Sequence record: MW598459
DNA length: 64,000 bases
Reading direction: 5' to 3' (one strand)
Origin: Escherichia phage vB_EcoM_RZ
The position numbers and the translations under genes are program-made. The notes under the pieces are model-generated. The model was not told the DNA's origin. It made no database searches and worked only from the letters and a program-made list of their open reading frames with translations. Below are positions 55,860 through 64,000 of this stretch, piece by piece. Numbering within the stretch: position 1 is the first letter of the stretch; each line of letters starts with the position of its first letter.

Positions 55860-56795
55860 TTATTTTAATGCTTTGATTGCCGCTTGCAATTTATTGCGTT
55901 GTTTTTCCATATTCTTGATGCGATTCAGAACATCCTGGATACCCTTTTTCTCATCTTCAATCAGACCATTTAAGCGGTTAACTGATTCCCGGATAGCATC
56001 AGCATGATAGCTCTCAATAGGCTTCATTGGTGGGTTAAAGATTTCAAGAGAGCTGTTTGGCTGGATTTTCCATTGATACATATTTTTAACTTCCAGTGGT
56101 GAAATTTTAGTCTGGTCGTAAGATTTAAACTGACCTGCAAATGCTGGGCCATATGATGCGGTAGGGATACGTTCCATTTCTGGTTCCTTTTTATCTTCTG
56201 GTTCATTTTTCTCTTGATAAGGAGCATAAGATAAAAGATATTCTTTAGTCAATTTAATATCAATGGCTATAGTTTTGAGGAATTTTTCCGTTTGGTGGAT
56301 ATAATTTGTATCTTCATCAAACGTGTACGATTCAACAGCATGGCGCATATAAAACAGCGCAATACCCATAACCTCTTTAAAGTTATGACAAAGAGCAACA
56401 TCGCCCTTGGTAGTTGGTTTGAACTTAATCTGTACACCATCATTCTTAATATTGATAATCAAGTTGTCAGAGTTAAAATTATAGTTCTTGATGTTAACCG
56501 GAGCTTTGCGAATACGAAATCCGCCGGCCAGAATTTCCTTGATACTCTTACGAACCGTGGCACCAAACAAAAACGCTGGGCGACGGCAGTAATCATTCAG
56601 AGAGTTAATTCTTACAATACGTTGACCATACCCCTGGGTAGCAGAACCTGATTTGATTTTGCCAAAGTTAACCAAAGAATTCATTGCGATAAGACGAGTC
56701 ACACGACCGTCATGTGGTTCATAACTACTAGCGTATTCTTTACGTGTTTTAATTTTCATATCATAGTCCAAATAATTTTTCATAGAATTTAGCAA
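55860..56795 (-). CDS. Hypothetical protein with C-terminal coiled coil (311 aa)
   Basis: ORF; C-terminus LNRIKNMEKQRNKLQAAIKALK. Confidence 0.5.
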   Translation of the reverse strand: MLNSMKNYLDYDMKIKTRKEYASSYEPHDGRVTRLIAMNSLVNFGKIKSGSATQGYGQRIVRINSLNDYCRRPAFLFGATVRKSIKEILAGGFRIRKAPVNIKNYNFNSDNLIINIKNDGVQIKFKPTTKGDVALCHNFKEVMGIALFYMRHAVESYTFDEDTNYIHQTEKFLKTIAIDIKLTKEYLLSYAPYQEKNEPEDKKEPEMERIPTASYGPAFAGQFKSYDQTKISPLEVKNMYQWKIQPNSSLEIFNPPMKPIESYHADAIRESVNRLNGLIEDEKKGIQDVLNRIKNMEKQRNKLQAAIKALK

Positions 56796-56976
56796 TAGGC
56801 CAACACACCATCATAATTGCCAAAACAAACCAAAGCAGAGGCCATACTAGTGTAATGAATACTGCATCATAGCTTGATTCAATTTCGATTGGATTCCAAT
56901 CACCCGATTTATGAATGATAATGGTCGTCATGAATCCTAGCACAAAGTAAAGGAGAATAAAACCTACAATTTCCAT
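56761..56976 (-). CDS. Hypothetical membrane protein (71 aa)
   Basis: Two hydrophobic helices. Confidence 0.4.
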   Translation of the reverse strand: MEIVGFILLYFVLGFMTTIIIHKSGDWNPIEIESSYDAVFITLVWPLLWFVLAIMMVCWPIAKFYEKLFGL

Positions 56977-57060
56977 ATTAACCTACAATATTTGAGAATA
57001 TCAGCCACAGAATACCTGTGGCAACGATTGCATAACCAAGAACAGCAAGCCATTCCATAA

Positions 57061-57909
57061 TTAATCCTTAAGCAATTCAATAACGTTCATCAGTTTCTGA
57101 CGTTCGGCTTTCGCTGCGCTATTCAGTCCTGACAGACGGAAAATTTCATCATCTTGCTGCTGGATGGTGATGTTAAGCTCTTCAATCTGTTTAGTGAAAA
57201 GCTCAATTTGCTCTGAATATTTTTCATTGCTTCGCACTGGAACAGGTTCCATTTTAGGAGCTTGTTCAATGGGGCTCTCGACTTCAACTTGGTCTTTAAT
57301 TTGACATAGTTTAATACGCTGGACGCCTCCAGTTTTAACATCATAAAAGGTAAGAATGCCGTGACATTCCAGTACAGACAATGCCAAACGAAGATGGAAT
57401 TTCCAATTATCATATTGACATCCACTAAAAGAAGAAATACTGTATTCACCTTCTTTTTGACCTTTAATAACATTAAATAGTTTATAATCTAAAGAATTAT
57501 TGGTTTTAAAGGTCATTTGTTTATCTTGACCGCTTGCTAAACGAGCGCCTAATGCCAATAAACGGCGCTGGTTTTTCCAAAGGTCTTTAACCACTTCATC
57601 AAACGTCATGGTGCTAATCGCACGACCATAAAGGTCATAGCCTTTATTATAATTTTTAAGTAGAATTTTGGCATTAGCACGAGACAACATACCTGAACGA
57701 TGAAGAGATTTCATGACTCGGTCTTCTAATGTAAGAAGACCAGTGGTCTTTTCAAAGATTTTAGTGAATTCAGCGGAATTAGTACAAACATTGAACTTAT
57801 TCCACATCATATATAAAACATTTAAAACCACATCTTTAGTGCTTGGAATACTGTTAAATTTAACAACTTTTTTAACTTCAGAACGAATTTCATTAATTGC
57901 TTGTGACAT
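57061..57909 (-). CDS. Hypothetical protein with C-terminal coiled coil (282 aa)
   Basis: ORF; C-terminus AKAERQKLMNVIELLKD. Confidence 0.5.
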   Translation of the reverse strand: MSQAINEIRSEVKKVVKFNSIPSTKDVVLNVLYMMWNKFNVCTNSAEFTKIFEKTTGLLTLEDRVMKSLHRSGMLSRANAKILLKNYNKGYDLYGRAISTMTFDEVVKDLWKNQRRLLALGARLASGQDKQMTFKTNNSLDYKLFNVIKGQKEGEYSISSFSGCQYDNWKFHLRLALSVLECHGILTFYDVKTGGVQRIKLCQIKDQVEVESPIEQAPKMEPVPVRSNEKYSEQIELFTKQIEELNITIQQQDDEIFRLSGLNSAAKAERQKLMNVIELLKD

Positions 57910-57972
57910 AATAATTTCCTCAATAGATTAATCAAAGGTCAGAACCATTATACCATCCTTGGTATAAAGCGT

Positions 57973-58497
57973 TTATGCGAGAACCGTCTTTAAACGCTCT
58001 TCAAACTTCTGAAGGAGTACCTGGCGCTCTGCTCTTTGTTTGGTATAGGTTTCAATACGCTCTGAAGTGAGATTGTATTGTTCATTAACTGATTCCCGCA
58101 TGAATTCAGGAATCTCTTTACATGCTTTGATTTCATTGAACTTATCAAGCACCGCTTGTTGTTCAGCAATCAGACCATCATAATATTGGATATCTGATTT
58201 GATGTTTTGTACATCAGATTCAGTAGGCATATTTTTCTTTGCTCTTGTCGCCTGATACTCAGCATTAGTCTCTCTTGACCAGAACAAGGAGCGGTTTTTA
58301 TTGGTGTTTTTATACACATCAACAATACCAACTGAATCAACAGTCACAATCCAGTTCCAGGTGTTTTTATAAGTTTGACCACCTGATACTGTAATCTCAC
58401 CAGCACAAGCAACATCATTAAAGAACTTGCTTTGTGCTTCTGATTTAAAATTACCATTATTGTAATTAATCAGATTAAAGATTGATTTGGCTTCCAT
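57973..58497 (-). CDS. Hypothetical protein (174 aa)
   Basis: ORF downstream of early promoter. Confidence 0.45.
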   Translation of the reverse strand: MEAKSIFNLINYNNGNFKSEAQSKFFNDVACAGEITVSGGQTYKNTWNWIVTVDSVGIVDVYKNTNKNRSLFWSRETNAEYQATRAKKNMPTESDVQNIKSDIQYYDGLIAEQQAVLDKFNEIKACKEIPEFMRESVNEQYNLTSERIETYTKQRAERQVLLQKFEERLKTVLA

Positions 58498-58527
58498 TTT
58501 ATTCTCCAGTATTTGGTAACTCAGTAT

Positions 58528-58565
58528 GGGAACATTATACGTCTATCCCCATACCATGTACACAT
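58528..58565 (-). promoter_or_regulatory. T4-type early promoter
   Basis: Minus strand TGTACA, 18 nt, TATAAT, leader CCCATACTGAGTTACC. Confidence 0.45.
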
Positions 58566-58868
58566 TTAATTAAAAGTTCTTTCAGTATTTTCACCACTGA
58601 ACCAGACGCTCTTAACGGCTTGCTGGGCGCGATGGAGCTGCTCTGCCATATAAACACCAAGGGCCTCAGCTTTACGTGCCCTGTGAGCTTCTGCGGCGAC
58701 TATTTGCAACTTATCCATCATGATAAGAGCTTTACATTTCTCCTTCAGAGCATATCGCTTCTTCTCTTCTGGGGTTTTGACCATTCCTCTTAACTTGTGC
58801 ATTTTCAACTTAAAATGGTCAGCAGATTTCAGACATGCCTCAATCATGTCAAGTTCATACTTTTTCAT
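58566..58868 (-). CDS. Hypothetical protein (100 aa)
   Basis: ORF in minus-strand array. Confidence 0.4.
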   Translation of the reverse strand: MKKYELDMIEACLKSADHFKLKMHKLRGMVKTPEEKKRYALKEKCKALIMMDKLQIVAAEAHRARKAEALGVYMAEQLHRAQQAVKSVWFSGENTERTFN

Positions 58869-58874
58869 AATTCC

Positions 58875-59081
58875 TCACTTGCGACGACGTTTTGGTAATG
58901 GTTTAGGGAAGAACATTGCTTTACCTGCAGGGGTCAAAGTCACACGCAAAGCATTACCAATACCAAGGGATGCTTTAACCAGACCTTTGGCTTTTAACTC
59001 ACCAAATGCTTGACGTTGTTCAGGGTCACGAGTGTTAACCATCAGACCTTTTTCACCAGCAGCTTTGATTAATTCTAACAT
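58875..59081 (-). CDS. Hypothetical basic protein (68 aa)
   Basis: ORF downstream of early promoter; C-terminal KPLPKRRRK. Confidence 0.4.
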   Translation of the reverse strand: MLELIKAAGEKGLMVNTRDPEQRQAFGELKAKGLVKASLGIGNALRVTLTPAGKAMFFPKPLPKRRRK

Positions 59082-59114
59082 TTTATTCTCCGTTTGTTTA
59101 TTTGGTAACTCAGT

Positions 59115-59152
59115 ATGGAATCATTATGCATCATGACCATCTGGTTGTACAC
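59115..59152 (-). promoter_or_regulatory. T4-type early promoter
   Basis: Minus strand TGTACA (59151-59146), 17 nt, CATAAT (59128-59123), leader GATTCCATACTGAGTTACC. Confidence 0.55.
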
Positions 59153-59198
59153 ATATACTAAATAAAAATACTTAATAAAACCATAAAGGAGAAAGTTT

Positions 59199-59945
59199 AT
59201 GATTTTATCCGGAAGAACTGTTGATGAACTCAATGAAAAAGTCCAGGCTGCCTTGGCTGATAATTGGTATTTGTTTGGTTCTACTATGGTGTTGCCGAAT
59301 ACCCCTACAGATAGCAAAGAGCGTTTTTTCCAAACTATGTCCAGCTCGGAAACTCAGATACCGGGTCCGCTTGGTCCCAAAGGAGAACCGGGTGTACCCG
59401 GACCAAAAGGAGACCCAGGTGGGGATGGAAAATCTTCTTATCAGATATGGCTTGACTTGGGAAATACAGGAACTGTTGATGATTTTTTAACTGATACAGC
59501 AGGAAAGAGGGAAAAATCCGAGGTGTTTTGGAGTGGTATAAACGTTCTATTAACTAATGGTACGACTTCAAACATAATTAGTGTTTTAAAGGGGATTCCA
59601 CCGACTGCAGGGACTCTATCTCCGTTTTTTAGAACCACTGATGATAAGTTGTGGCCATATAACCAAGACAGAAGCCTAATGTTTAAACTCAACCTTATTG
59701 GTAATTTTGCAGGAGCCTCGCAAGCTCGAAGTATAACATTAAATTTCGTTGGAACCAACGGAAACACTTATATACAGAATCGTCCGGAAAATGCTACAGA
59801 TATTTTGTCTTTTACAACGTTCTTTAGCATTGATAAAGATGGGGCAATGGCAACCAATGGTACAGCTATAACTGTTATGCCAAATGGCGGCAACTTTACA
59901 ATAACCTCCGCATTGTTAGTAGCCGAACAAACAGTGACTTCATAA
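59199..59945 (+). CDS. Collagen-like repeat protein on the plus strand (248 aa)
   Basis: SD AAAGGAGA before ATG 59199; Gly-X-Y run GPLGPKGEPGVPGPKGDPGGDG; Asn/Thr-rich C-terminal domain. Confidence 0.55.
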   Translation: MILSGRTVDELNEKVQAALADNWYLFGSTMVLPNTPTDSKERFFQTMSSSETQIPGPLGPKGEPGVPGPKGDPGGDGKSSYQIWLDLGNTGTVDDFLTDTAGKREKSEVFWSGINVLLTNGTTSNIISVLKGIPPTAGTLSPFFRTTDDKLWPYNQDRSLMFKLNLIGNFAGASQARSITLNFVGTNGNTYIQNRPENATDILSFTTFFSIDKDGAMATNGTAITVMPNGGNFTITSALLVAEQTVTS

Positions 59946-59968
59946 ACAAAAAAGGGCCATCCGGCCCT
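59946..59968 (-). terminator. Hairpin terminator between convergent genes
   Basis: A-run, GGGCC-ATCC-GGCCC hairpin; T-run on the minus strand. Confidence 0.5.
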
Positions 59969-60210
59969 TAGATTGCACTCCAAAAATTATGGAATCTTAT
60001 AGTATTGATAGCCCAGTTAACAAACCTGCGAGTTTGTTTGGGAGTTGGTTTACATATGTACTTATTGTTGATTCGTCTGCCAGTTTCCCGACAGACTGCT
60101 TCGAGATACCAGCGCCGACCTTTATTAGGTCTTCCGTATGATAAGAAGACCTTCATTTCTTCATTAACGATAATAGGAATTGTGGTTGTCAAGGTATACC
60201 TCTTCAACAA
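59968..60210 (-). CDS. Hypothetical basic protein (62 to 80 aa)
   Basis: ORF; track start overlaps the upstream gene, internal Met likely. Confidence 0.35.
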   Translation of the reverse strand: MLKRYTLTTTIPIIVNEEMKVFLSYGRPNKGRRWYLEAVCRETGRRINNKYICKPTPKQTRRFVNWAINTIRFHNFWSAI

Positions 60211-61174
60211 ACTTGTCCCAGAACTTCATGTCTACCTTATCAGGCATACCATTCTTAGCAGCCTGGATGGCCAGAACTTCAACTAAATCGACAGTATCTT
60301 CAAGAAGTTCTTGAACTTCTTTAAATGGTAATTCACCAGCTTTAATCAGCTTAATGATAGAGGCTTCACGCAATGGGAATACCAAGTCACCTGTTTGGTA
60401 GATTTCCATCAATTGATACCCTGCACGATAAGCATGGCTCAGTGCTTTCCAATCAATACCTTCGTTAGCTTCTGCTTTACGAGCACGTTCACCATATTCG
60501 GCGTCGAGTTTATTCAGAGATTGCTTGAGCTCGATTAATGACAGAGTAGTTTGGTACTTACGTCCGAGAACAGTATAGAACGTTTGTGGACCTGTTTTCT
60601 CATGGTTATGGAATACCCATTCACAGAACTCGTTTTCAGGGAGTCTGTGTTTGATATCTTCTACCTTAGTACGACGAAGTCTATCAGGGATTCCTTCTTG
60701 ATAATCGACCCACTGTTCAGGAATCTGGTTAACAATTGCCAGTACACCACGCAGTGCAGCCAATCGAGAACCTTTAACACCATATTTGGAAGCTTGCTTA
60801 CGGACGTACCCCAAATAGGCTTTCATGTTAGTTGTATAGAACCGCGAACGGTTGTCTTGAATAAACTTCCATACATCTGGTAAATCGGATTTGACAACCA
60901 GGTTAGCCGGGGTGTGAATCATGTCCAGAGCAACGGTTTCGCCTTCGGCTGCCAGTTTAAAGAAATATTTCAGGCTATAAAGTTCATGGTCAATATCGTC
61001 TTTTGTATTTTTGGTAGCCGTGTTATTCGTGTTCAGGTTTGTATGGTTCATCGCGGTTCCGAGCAGGATATCTCGCGGATGAGGAACAAAGATTTCTTTA
61101 AAATCAACATCAGATTCCGGAGTGCTTGTTCCATAAAGATGGCTACCGAAGTAGCCTTTCATAACTGTTCTCAT
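60164..61174 (-). CDS. Pol-beta superfamily nucleotidyltransferase-like protein (about 336 aa)
   Basis: N-terminal GSHLYGTSTPESDVDF fits the GS-x(9-13)-DxD NTase motif, with a downstream ALDMIH candidate third acidic residue; start trimmed to MRTVMKGYFGS. Confidence 0.5.
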   Translation of the reverse strand: MRTVMKGYFGSHLYGTSTPESDVDFKEIFVPHPRDILLGTAMNHTNLNTNNTATKNTKDDIDHELYSLKYFFKLAAEGETVALDMIHTPANLVVKSDLPDVWKFIQDNRSRFYTTNMKAYLGYVRKQASKYGVKGSRLAALRGVLAIVNQIPEQWVDYQEGIPDRLRRTKVEDIKHRLPENEFCEWVFHNHEKTGPQTFYTVLGRKYQTTLSLIELKQSLNKLDAEYGERARKAEANEGIDWKALSHAYRAGYQLMEIYQTGDLVFPLREASIIKLIKAGELPFKEVQELLEDTVDLVEVLAIQAAKNGMPDKVDMKFWDKFVEEVYLDNHNSYYR

Positions 61175-61623
61175 TTTTTGTCCTCGAAGTGGATTACAGG
61201 ACACATCTTAGATTTACGAGCTTTAATGTATTGAATAACGATGTTTTCTTTAGTTTCCTTTCCTTCACGTTTGGCTAGAATACGTTGCCATTCCTTTTCT
61301 TCTTTACGTAAATCATACCATGCGTGCAAATTCATCGCACCTAATGCCAAACCAATGGATAGCGCAATAATAAGAGCTATTGCAATCAACCCTAAAACAA
61401 ACCCTAGACTCAACAGAACAGGAGTACTTAATACAAAGAAATGCTCTAATACACCAGCTCCTGCAACAGTTAATCCAAAAAGCGTACTACCTGCAACAAC
61501 AGCACAAGCAAAACAAGCCCAAACCATTTTCCAGAAGTAAGCACACAAAGAGTGTGGTCGAGAATGACGGTCATAAAAACGGTCGTGTAATTTAACGTGC
61601 CAAGAGTTTGCATTGATAATCAT
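61171..61623 (-). CDS. Hypothetical membrane protein (150 aa)
   Basis: Two or three hydrophobic helices, basic C-terminus. Confidence 0.45.
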   Translation of the reverse strand: MIINANSWHVKLHDRFYDRHSRPHSLCAYFWKMVWACFACAVVAGSTLFGLTVAGAGVLEHFFVLSTPVLLSLGFVLGLIAIALIIALSIGLALGAMNLHAWYDLRKEEKEWQRILAKREGKETKENIVIQYIKARKSKMCPVIHFEDKK

Positions 61624-61633
61624 AATATTTTCC

Positions 61634-62194
61634 TTAAGAGTTCATAGTTGGGATAACAGAGTTCAGATAAGAGACTAAAACTTTTAGCTCGTCCTTAGTA
61701 AATACCACTTCATTAAAACCATCGTGTACTTGGGTAATACATAGTTGGTCACGACCATCATGCTGAACAACAGTCAGTTCAGTATTATAATTCAATTCCT
61801 CTTCGTCACCGTCAAAGGTTTCACTAGAGCGAATCACTGCATCTTGACCTGGGACTTTCCATTCAACTTCTGGCTTACATTCTTCCTGGAACAGTTTGAA
61901 AATACAATCAAAGAATTTATCAGAATCGCTAATGCTCAGACATTTTTCATCTGTTTCAATATTAAACCCACCATCGTGCTTATAAATGCGAGCACATACA
62001 TCATCGTTAATATCAAATACACCACTAAAACTACCACTAAGATATTCGTCTTTATCCAAAACCTTTAAATCATAAAGTGGTTTAATATCTTGGATAGTCA
62101 GTACGATTTTATCGTCTTCTTGACAAAGCTCAATTGCATTATTAACTACTTCAGCGGTCAGTTCGCCAAACAATTCAGTTGTTTCAATAATCAT
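61634..62194 (-). CDS. Hypothetical protein (186 aa)
   Basis: ORF in minus-strand array. Confidence 0.45.
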   Translation of the reverse strand: MIIETTELFGELTAEVVNNAIELCQEDDKIVLTIQDIKPLYDLKVLDKDEYLSGSFSGVFDINDDVCARIYKHDGGFNIETDEKCLSISDSDKFFDCIFKLFQEECKPEVEWKVPGQDAVIRSSETFDGDEEELNYNTELTVVQHDGRDQLCITQVHDGFNEVVFTKDELKVLVSYLNSVIPTMNS

Positions 62195-62204
62195 TTTCTG
62201 TTCC

Positions 62205-62489
62205 TCAACGGTTATGTTTTAAAATACTATAAAGTGCTTCTACTTGGCTTGCATCCAGGTAAATAACATCATCATCTTGCTCAATGGAAATCCCACCGGT
62301 ATTACCTTTAACAAAATTACATTCGCATACTTCAACTGGGCGGTATACGTCACCAACTGGATGCTCAGGCTCCAGAACAATCACACCATTTTCAGAATTG
62401 CCGCTTGGGTCATATAACATTACATTTTCCTCACTAACCACGAAAAGAATAAACCGATTAAAATAGGACCTATAATCATTGTTGACCAA
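62205..62489 (-). CDS. Hypothetical protein (94 aa)
   Basis: ORF in minus-strand array. Confidence 0.4.
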   Translation of the reverse strand: MVNNDYRSYFNRFILFVVSEENVMLYDPSGNSENGVIVLEPEHPVGDVYRPVEVCECNFVKGNTGGISIEQDDDVIYLDASQVEALYSILKHNR

Positions 62490-62511
62490 GCCCAGGGTTC
62501 TAAGTAATAAA

Positions 62512-62769
62512 TCATCTCATGCTCCTGTGCCAACAATTTCTTGGTTCACGTTTAAAAATTTCATCATGCATTGATTGACAACCAACACAATATATCACAC
62601 CTTTAATCGCTTGTCTCCGCGCTTCAGGAATTTTTTCGTCGCAGTCAAAACAGAATTCAGCAGACTCCCTTTCAACTGCAACCTGTGCTCTCGCATGGGT
62701 GATAGCGGCCTGTACAACCGCTTCCATCTCTAACTGTTCAGCACCATCTTTTGCAAATCCAACAGCCAT
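62512..62769 (-). CDS. TraR/DksA-family C4 zinc-finger protein (85 aa)
   Basis: CFDCDEKIPEARRQAIKGVIYCVGCQ fits the TraR/DksA C4 finger pattern. Confidence 0.6.
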   Translation of the reverse strand: MAVGFAKDGAEQLEMEAVVQAAITHARAQVAVERESAEFCFDCDEKIPEARRQAIKGVIYCVGCQSMHDEIFKREPRNCWHRSMR

Positions 62770-62951
62770 TATTCTTTCAACCCATTCAGATAAGCAATTA
62801 ATTCTTCTTTAGAACTATTCAAATCACGCTTACACTGTTCTATTCCAGAATATGAATAACCTTCACAATATTCAACAGCCAGGTCATTGGATGCATTTTC
62901 AATGTGCCAAGCGAGTTTGATAATTTTCTCAATCTGTTCAGTAGTTAACAT
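62769..62951 (-). CDS. Hypothetical protein (60 aa)
   Basis: ORF in minus-strand array. Confidence 0.35.
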   Translation of the reverse strand: MLTTEQIEKIIKLAWHIENASNDLAVEYCEGYSYSGIEQCKRDLNSSKEELIAYLNGLKE

Positions 62952-63208
62952 TATGCAGTCCTGTAATCAATAATTTCGTCAAGGAACATATCCAATGCTT
63001 CCAGAGCATTGCCAACTTTTGCTTCTAATTCTTTACCGCCAGATACAGATGGGGCTGCCCAAGCATAAGCTGCCATTTCATCATCTGCTTCACGAATTGC
63101 TGCAACTAATGCAGAGATTCTCTTTGCTTGTTCTAAAGTAATCATTATTCCACCACATATGATAATGAGAAAATTGCTGATGAAAGATGAGTAGCATCTT
63201 CTTCGCAC
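62951..63208 (-). CDS. Hypothetical protein (85 aa)
   Basis: ORF in minus-strand array. Confidence 0.4.
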   Translation of the reverse strand: MRRRCYSSFISNFLIIICGGIMITLEQAKRISALVAAIREADDEMAAYAWAAPSVSGGKELEAKVGNALEALDMFLDEIIDYRTA

Positions 63209-63348
63209 AGTTCAAATGGAGCTTTCTGCAAGAGTTCAACCACTTCTTCATCAGTGGCACTGTCCATAAAGATTGCATAATCATTAAGATAGATAACAAC
63301 CTCATCACCAGTATTAACTGCATCAATCTTGATATTTTTAATTCTCAT
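63145..63348 (-). CDS. Hypothetical protein (67 aa)
   Basis: ORF preceded by leader box and early promoter. Confidence 0.4.
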   Translation of the reverse strand: MRIKNIKIDAVNTGDEVVIYLNDYAIFMDSATDEEVVELLQKAPFELCEEDATHLSSAIFSLSYVVE

Positions 63349-63369
63349 TGTATTCTCCTCAGTAGTTGA

Positions 63370-63410
63370 TGGGATAATAGTACACCCTTTTTATAAGGAT
63401 GTAAACCCCC
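63370..63410 (-). promoter_or_regulatory. T4-type early promoter
   Basis: Minus strand GTTTAC, about 17 nt, TACTAT, then CCCATCAACTACTGAGGAG leader. Confidence 0.5.
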
Positions 63411-63414
63411 TAAA

Positions 63415-63450
63415 TGAAAAAAGGTCCACCCGAAGGCAGACCTTTTGAAT
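63415..63450 (-). terminator. Rho-independent terminator
   Basis: A-run, AAGGTC...GACCTT hairpin, T-run. Confidence 0.5.
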
Positions 63451-63833
63451 TACTCTAGTGTTAACAGATACTTAGTCTGAAAGAAAACTCCAACGATATC
63501 GTCCAGAGTCGATTGAATAGCCTTAGGTACAACTTTATAGACTCTTTCCGAGCTTTTAATCATTTCATCTAAAAACAAAATTGTATCTTTCGGCAAGTCC
63601 GAGGCGGACGGTAATGCAGCTTTGTATTGTTTCCCGCTGTAACCTAACCATTGCTCACTGAACTGGTCGAGTGGACCTTGGATTTCTGTGAAGTAGAAAT
63701 CATAAGCTTTATGGCGGGCGTAACTTTTGGTTTCAAGATGGGCGGATTTAAAATAAGCCAAAGAGACTAACAACCACCCAATATATGAATCCACCTCAGA
63801 CCCACGACCCGTTACGAAATCATCAAATTTCAT
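63450..63833 (-). CDS. Hypothetical protein (127 aa)
   Basis: ORF in minus-strand array. Confidence 0.45.
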   Translation of the reverse strand: MKFDDFVTGRGSEVDSYIGWLLVSLAYFKSAHLETKSYARHKAYDFYFTEIQGPLDQFSEQWLGYSGKQYKAALPSASDLPKDTILFLDEMIKSSERVYKVVPKAIQSTLDDIVGVFFQTKYLLTLE

Positions 63834-64000
63834 CTTCCAATTTTACCTTCATTAATTTAGCGTATTCGACTGCAGCAGCACGGCCATCAATTTGACATGT
63901 GATTTCATTTACACATTGACTCTTATTGTTCCATTCAGTTTTAATAAAAGCCCAAAATTGTTCGGACTGCTCGACGCTGGGTTCTTTGAATTGCGAATAG

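Noticed and set aside
1-64000. Search for tRNA, rRNA and CRISPR arrays
   Set aside because: No spaced direct repeats or cloverleaf-like GC-rich 75 nt blocks were noticed. The T4 tRNA cluster lies outside this part of the map, so their absence is expected.

Overview
This window reads as a contiguous stretch of a T4-like (Tevenvirinae) myovirus genome, almost entirely transcribed on the minus strand. Gene order follows the T4 early/middle region: t holin (+ strand), asiA, motA, topoisomerase gp52, stp, ndd, rIIB, rIIA, topoisomerase large subunit (39, apparently fused with 60), dexA, dda, tandem modA/modB-like ADP-ribosyltransferases, soc, dCTPase gp56, primase gp61, sp, dmd, helicase gp41, uvsX, DNA polymerase gp43, regA, clamp loader gp62/gp44, clamp gp45, gp46/gp47, late sigma gp55, nrdH/nrdG/nrdD, endonuclease VII gp49 and nrdC. 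Identifications rest on my recollection of T4 protein sequences plus motifs visible in the translations; no database search was run. Between the conserved genes lie blocks of small ORFs of unknown function. Several are candidates worth following up: an endonuclease VII-like nuclease cassette, an HNH homing endonuclease, an N-terminal Pol-beta nucleotidyltransferase-like protein next to a membrane protein, a Pmp3-like proteolipid plus lipoprotein where T4 carries beta-gt/42, and a collagen-like gene on the opposite strand. About fourteen T4-type early promoters are visible, together with a recurring 5' leader hairpin and several hairpin terminators. rIIA is split by a frameshift at a C4 run. 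No tRNA, rRNA, CRISPR array or intron was recognised.
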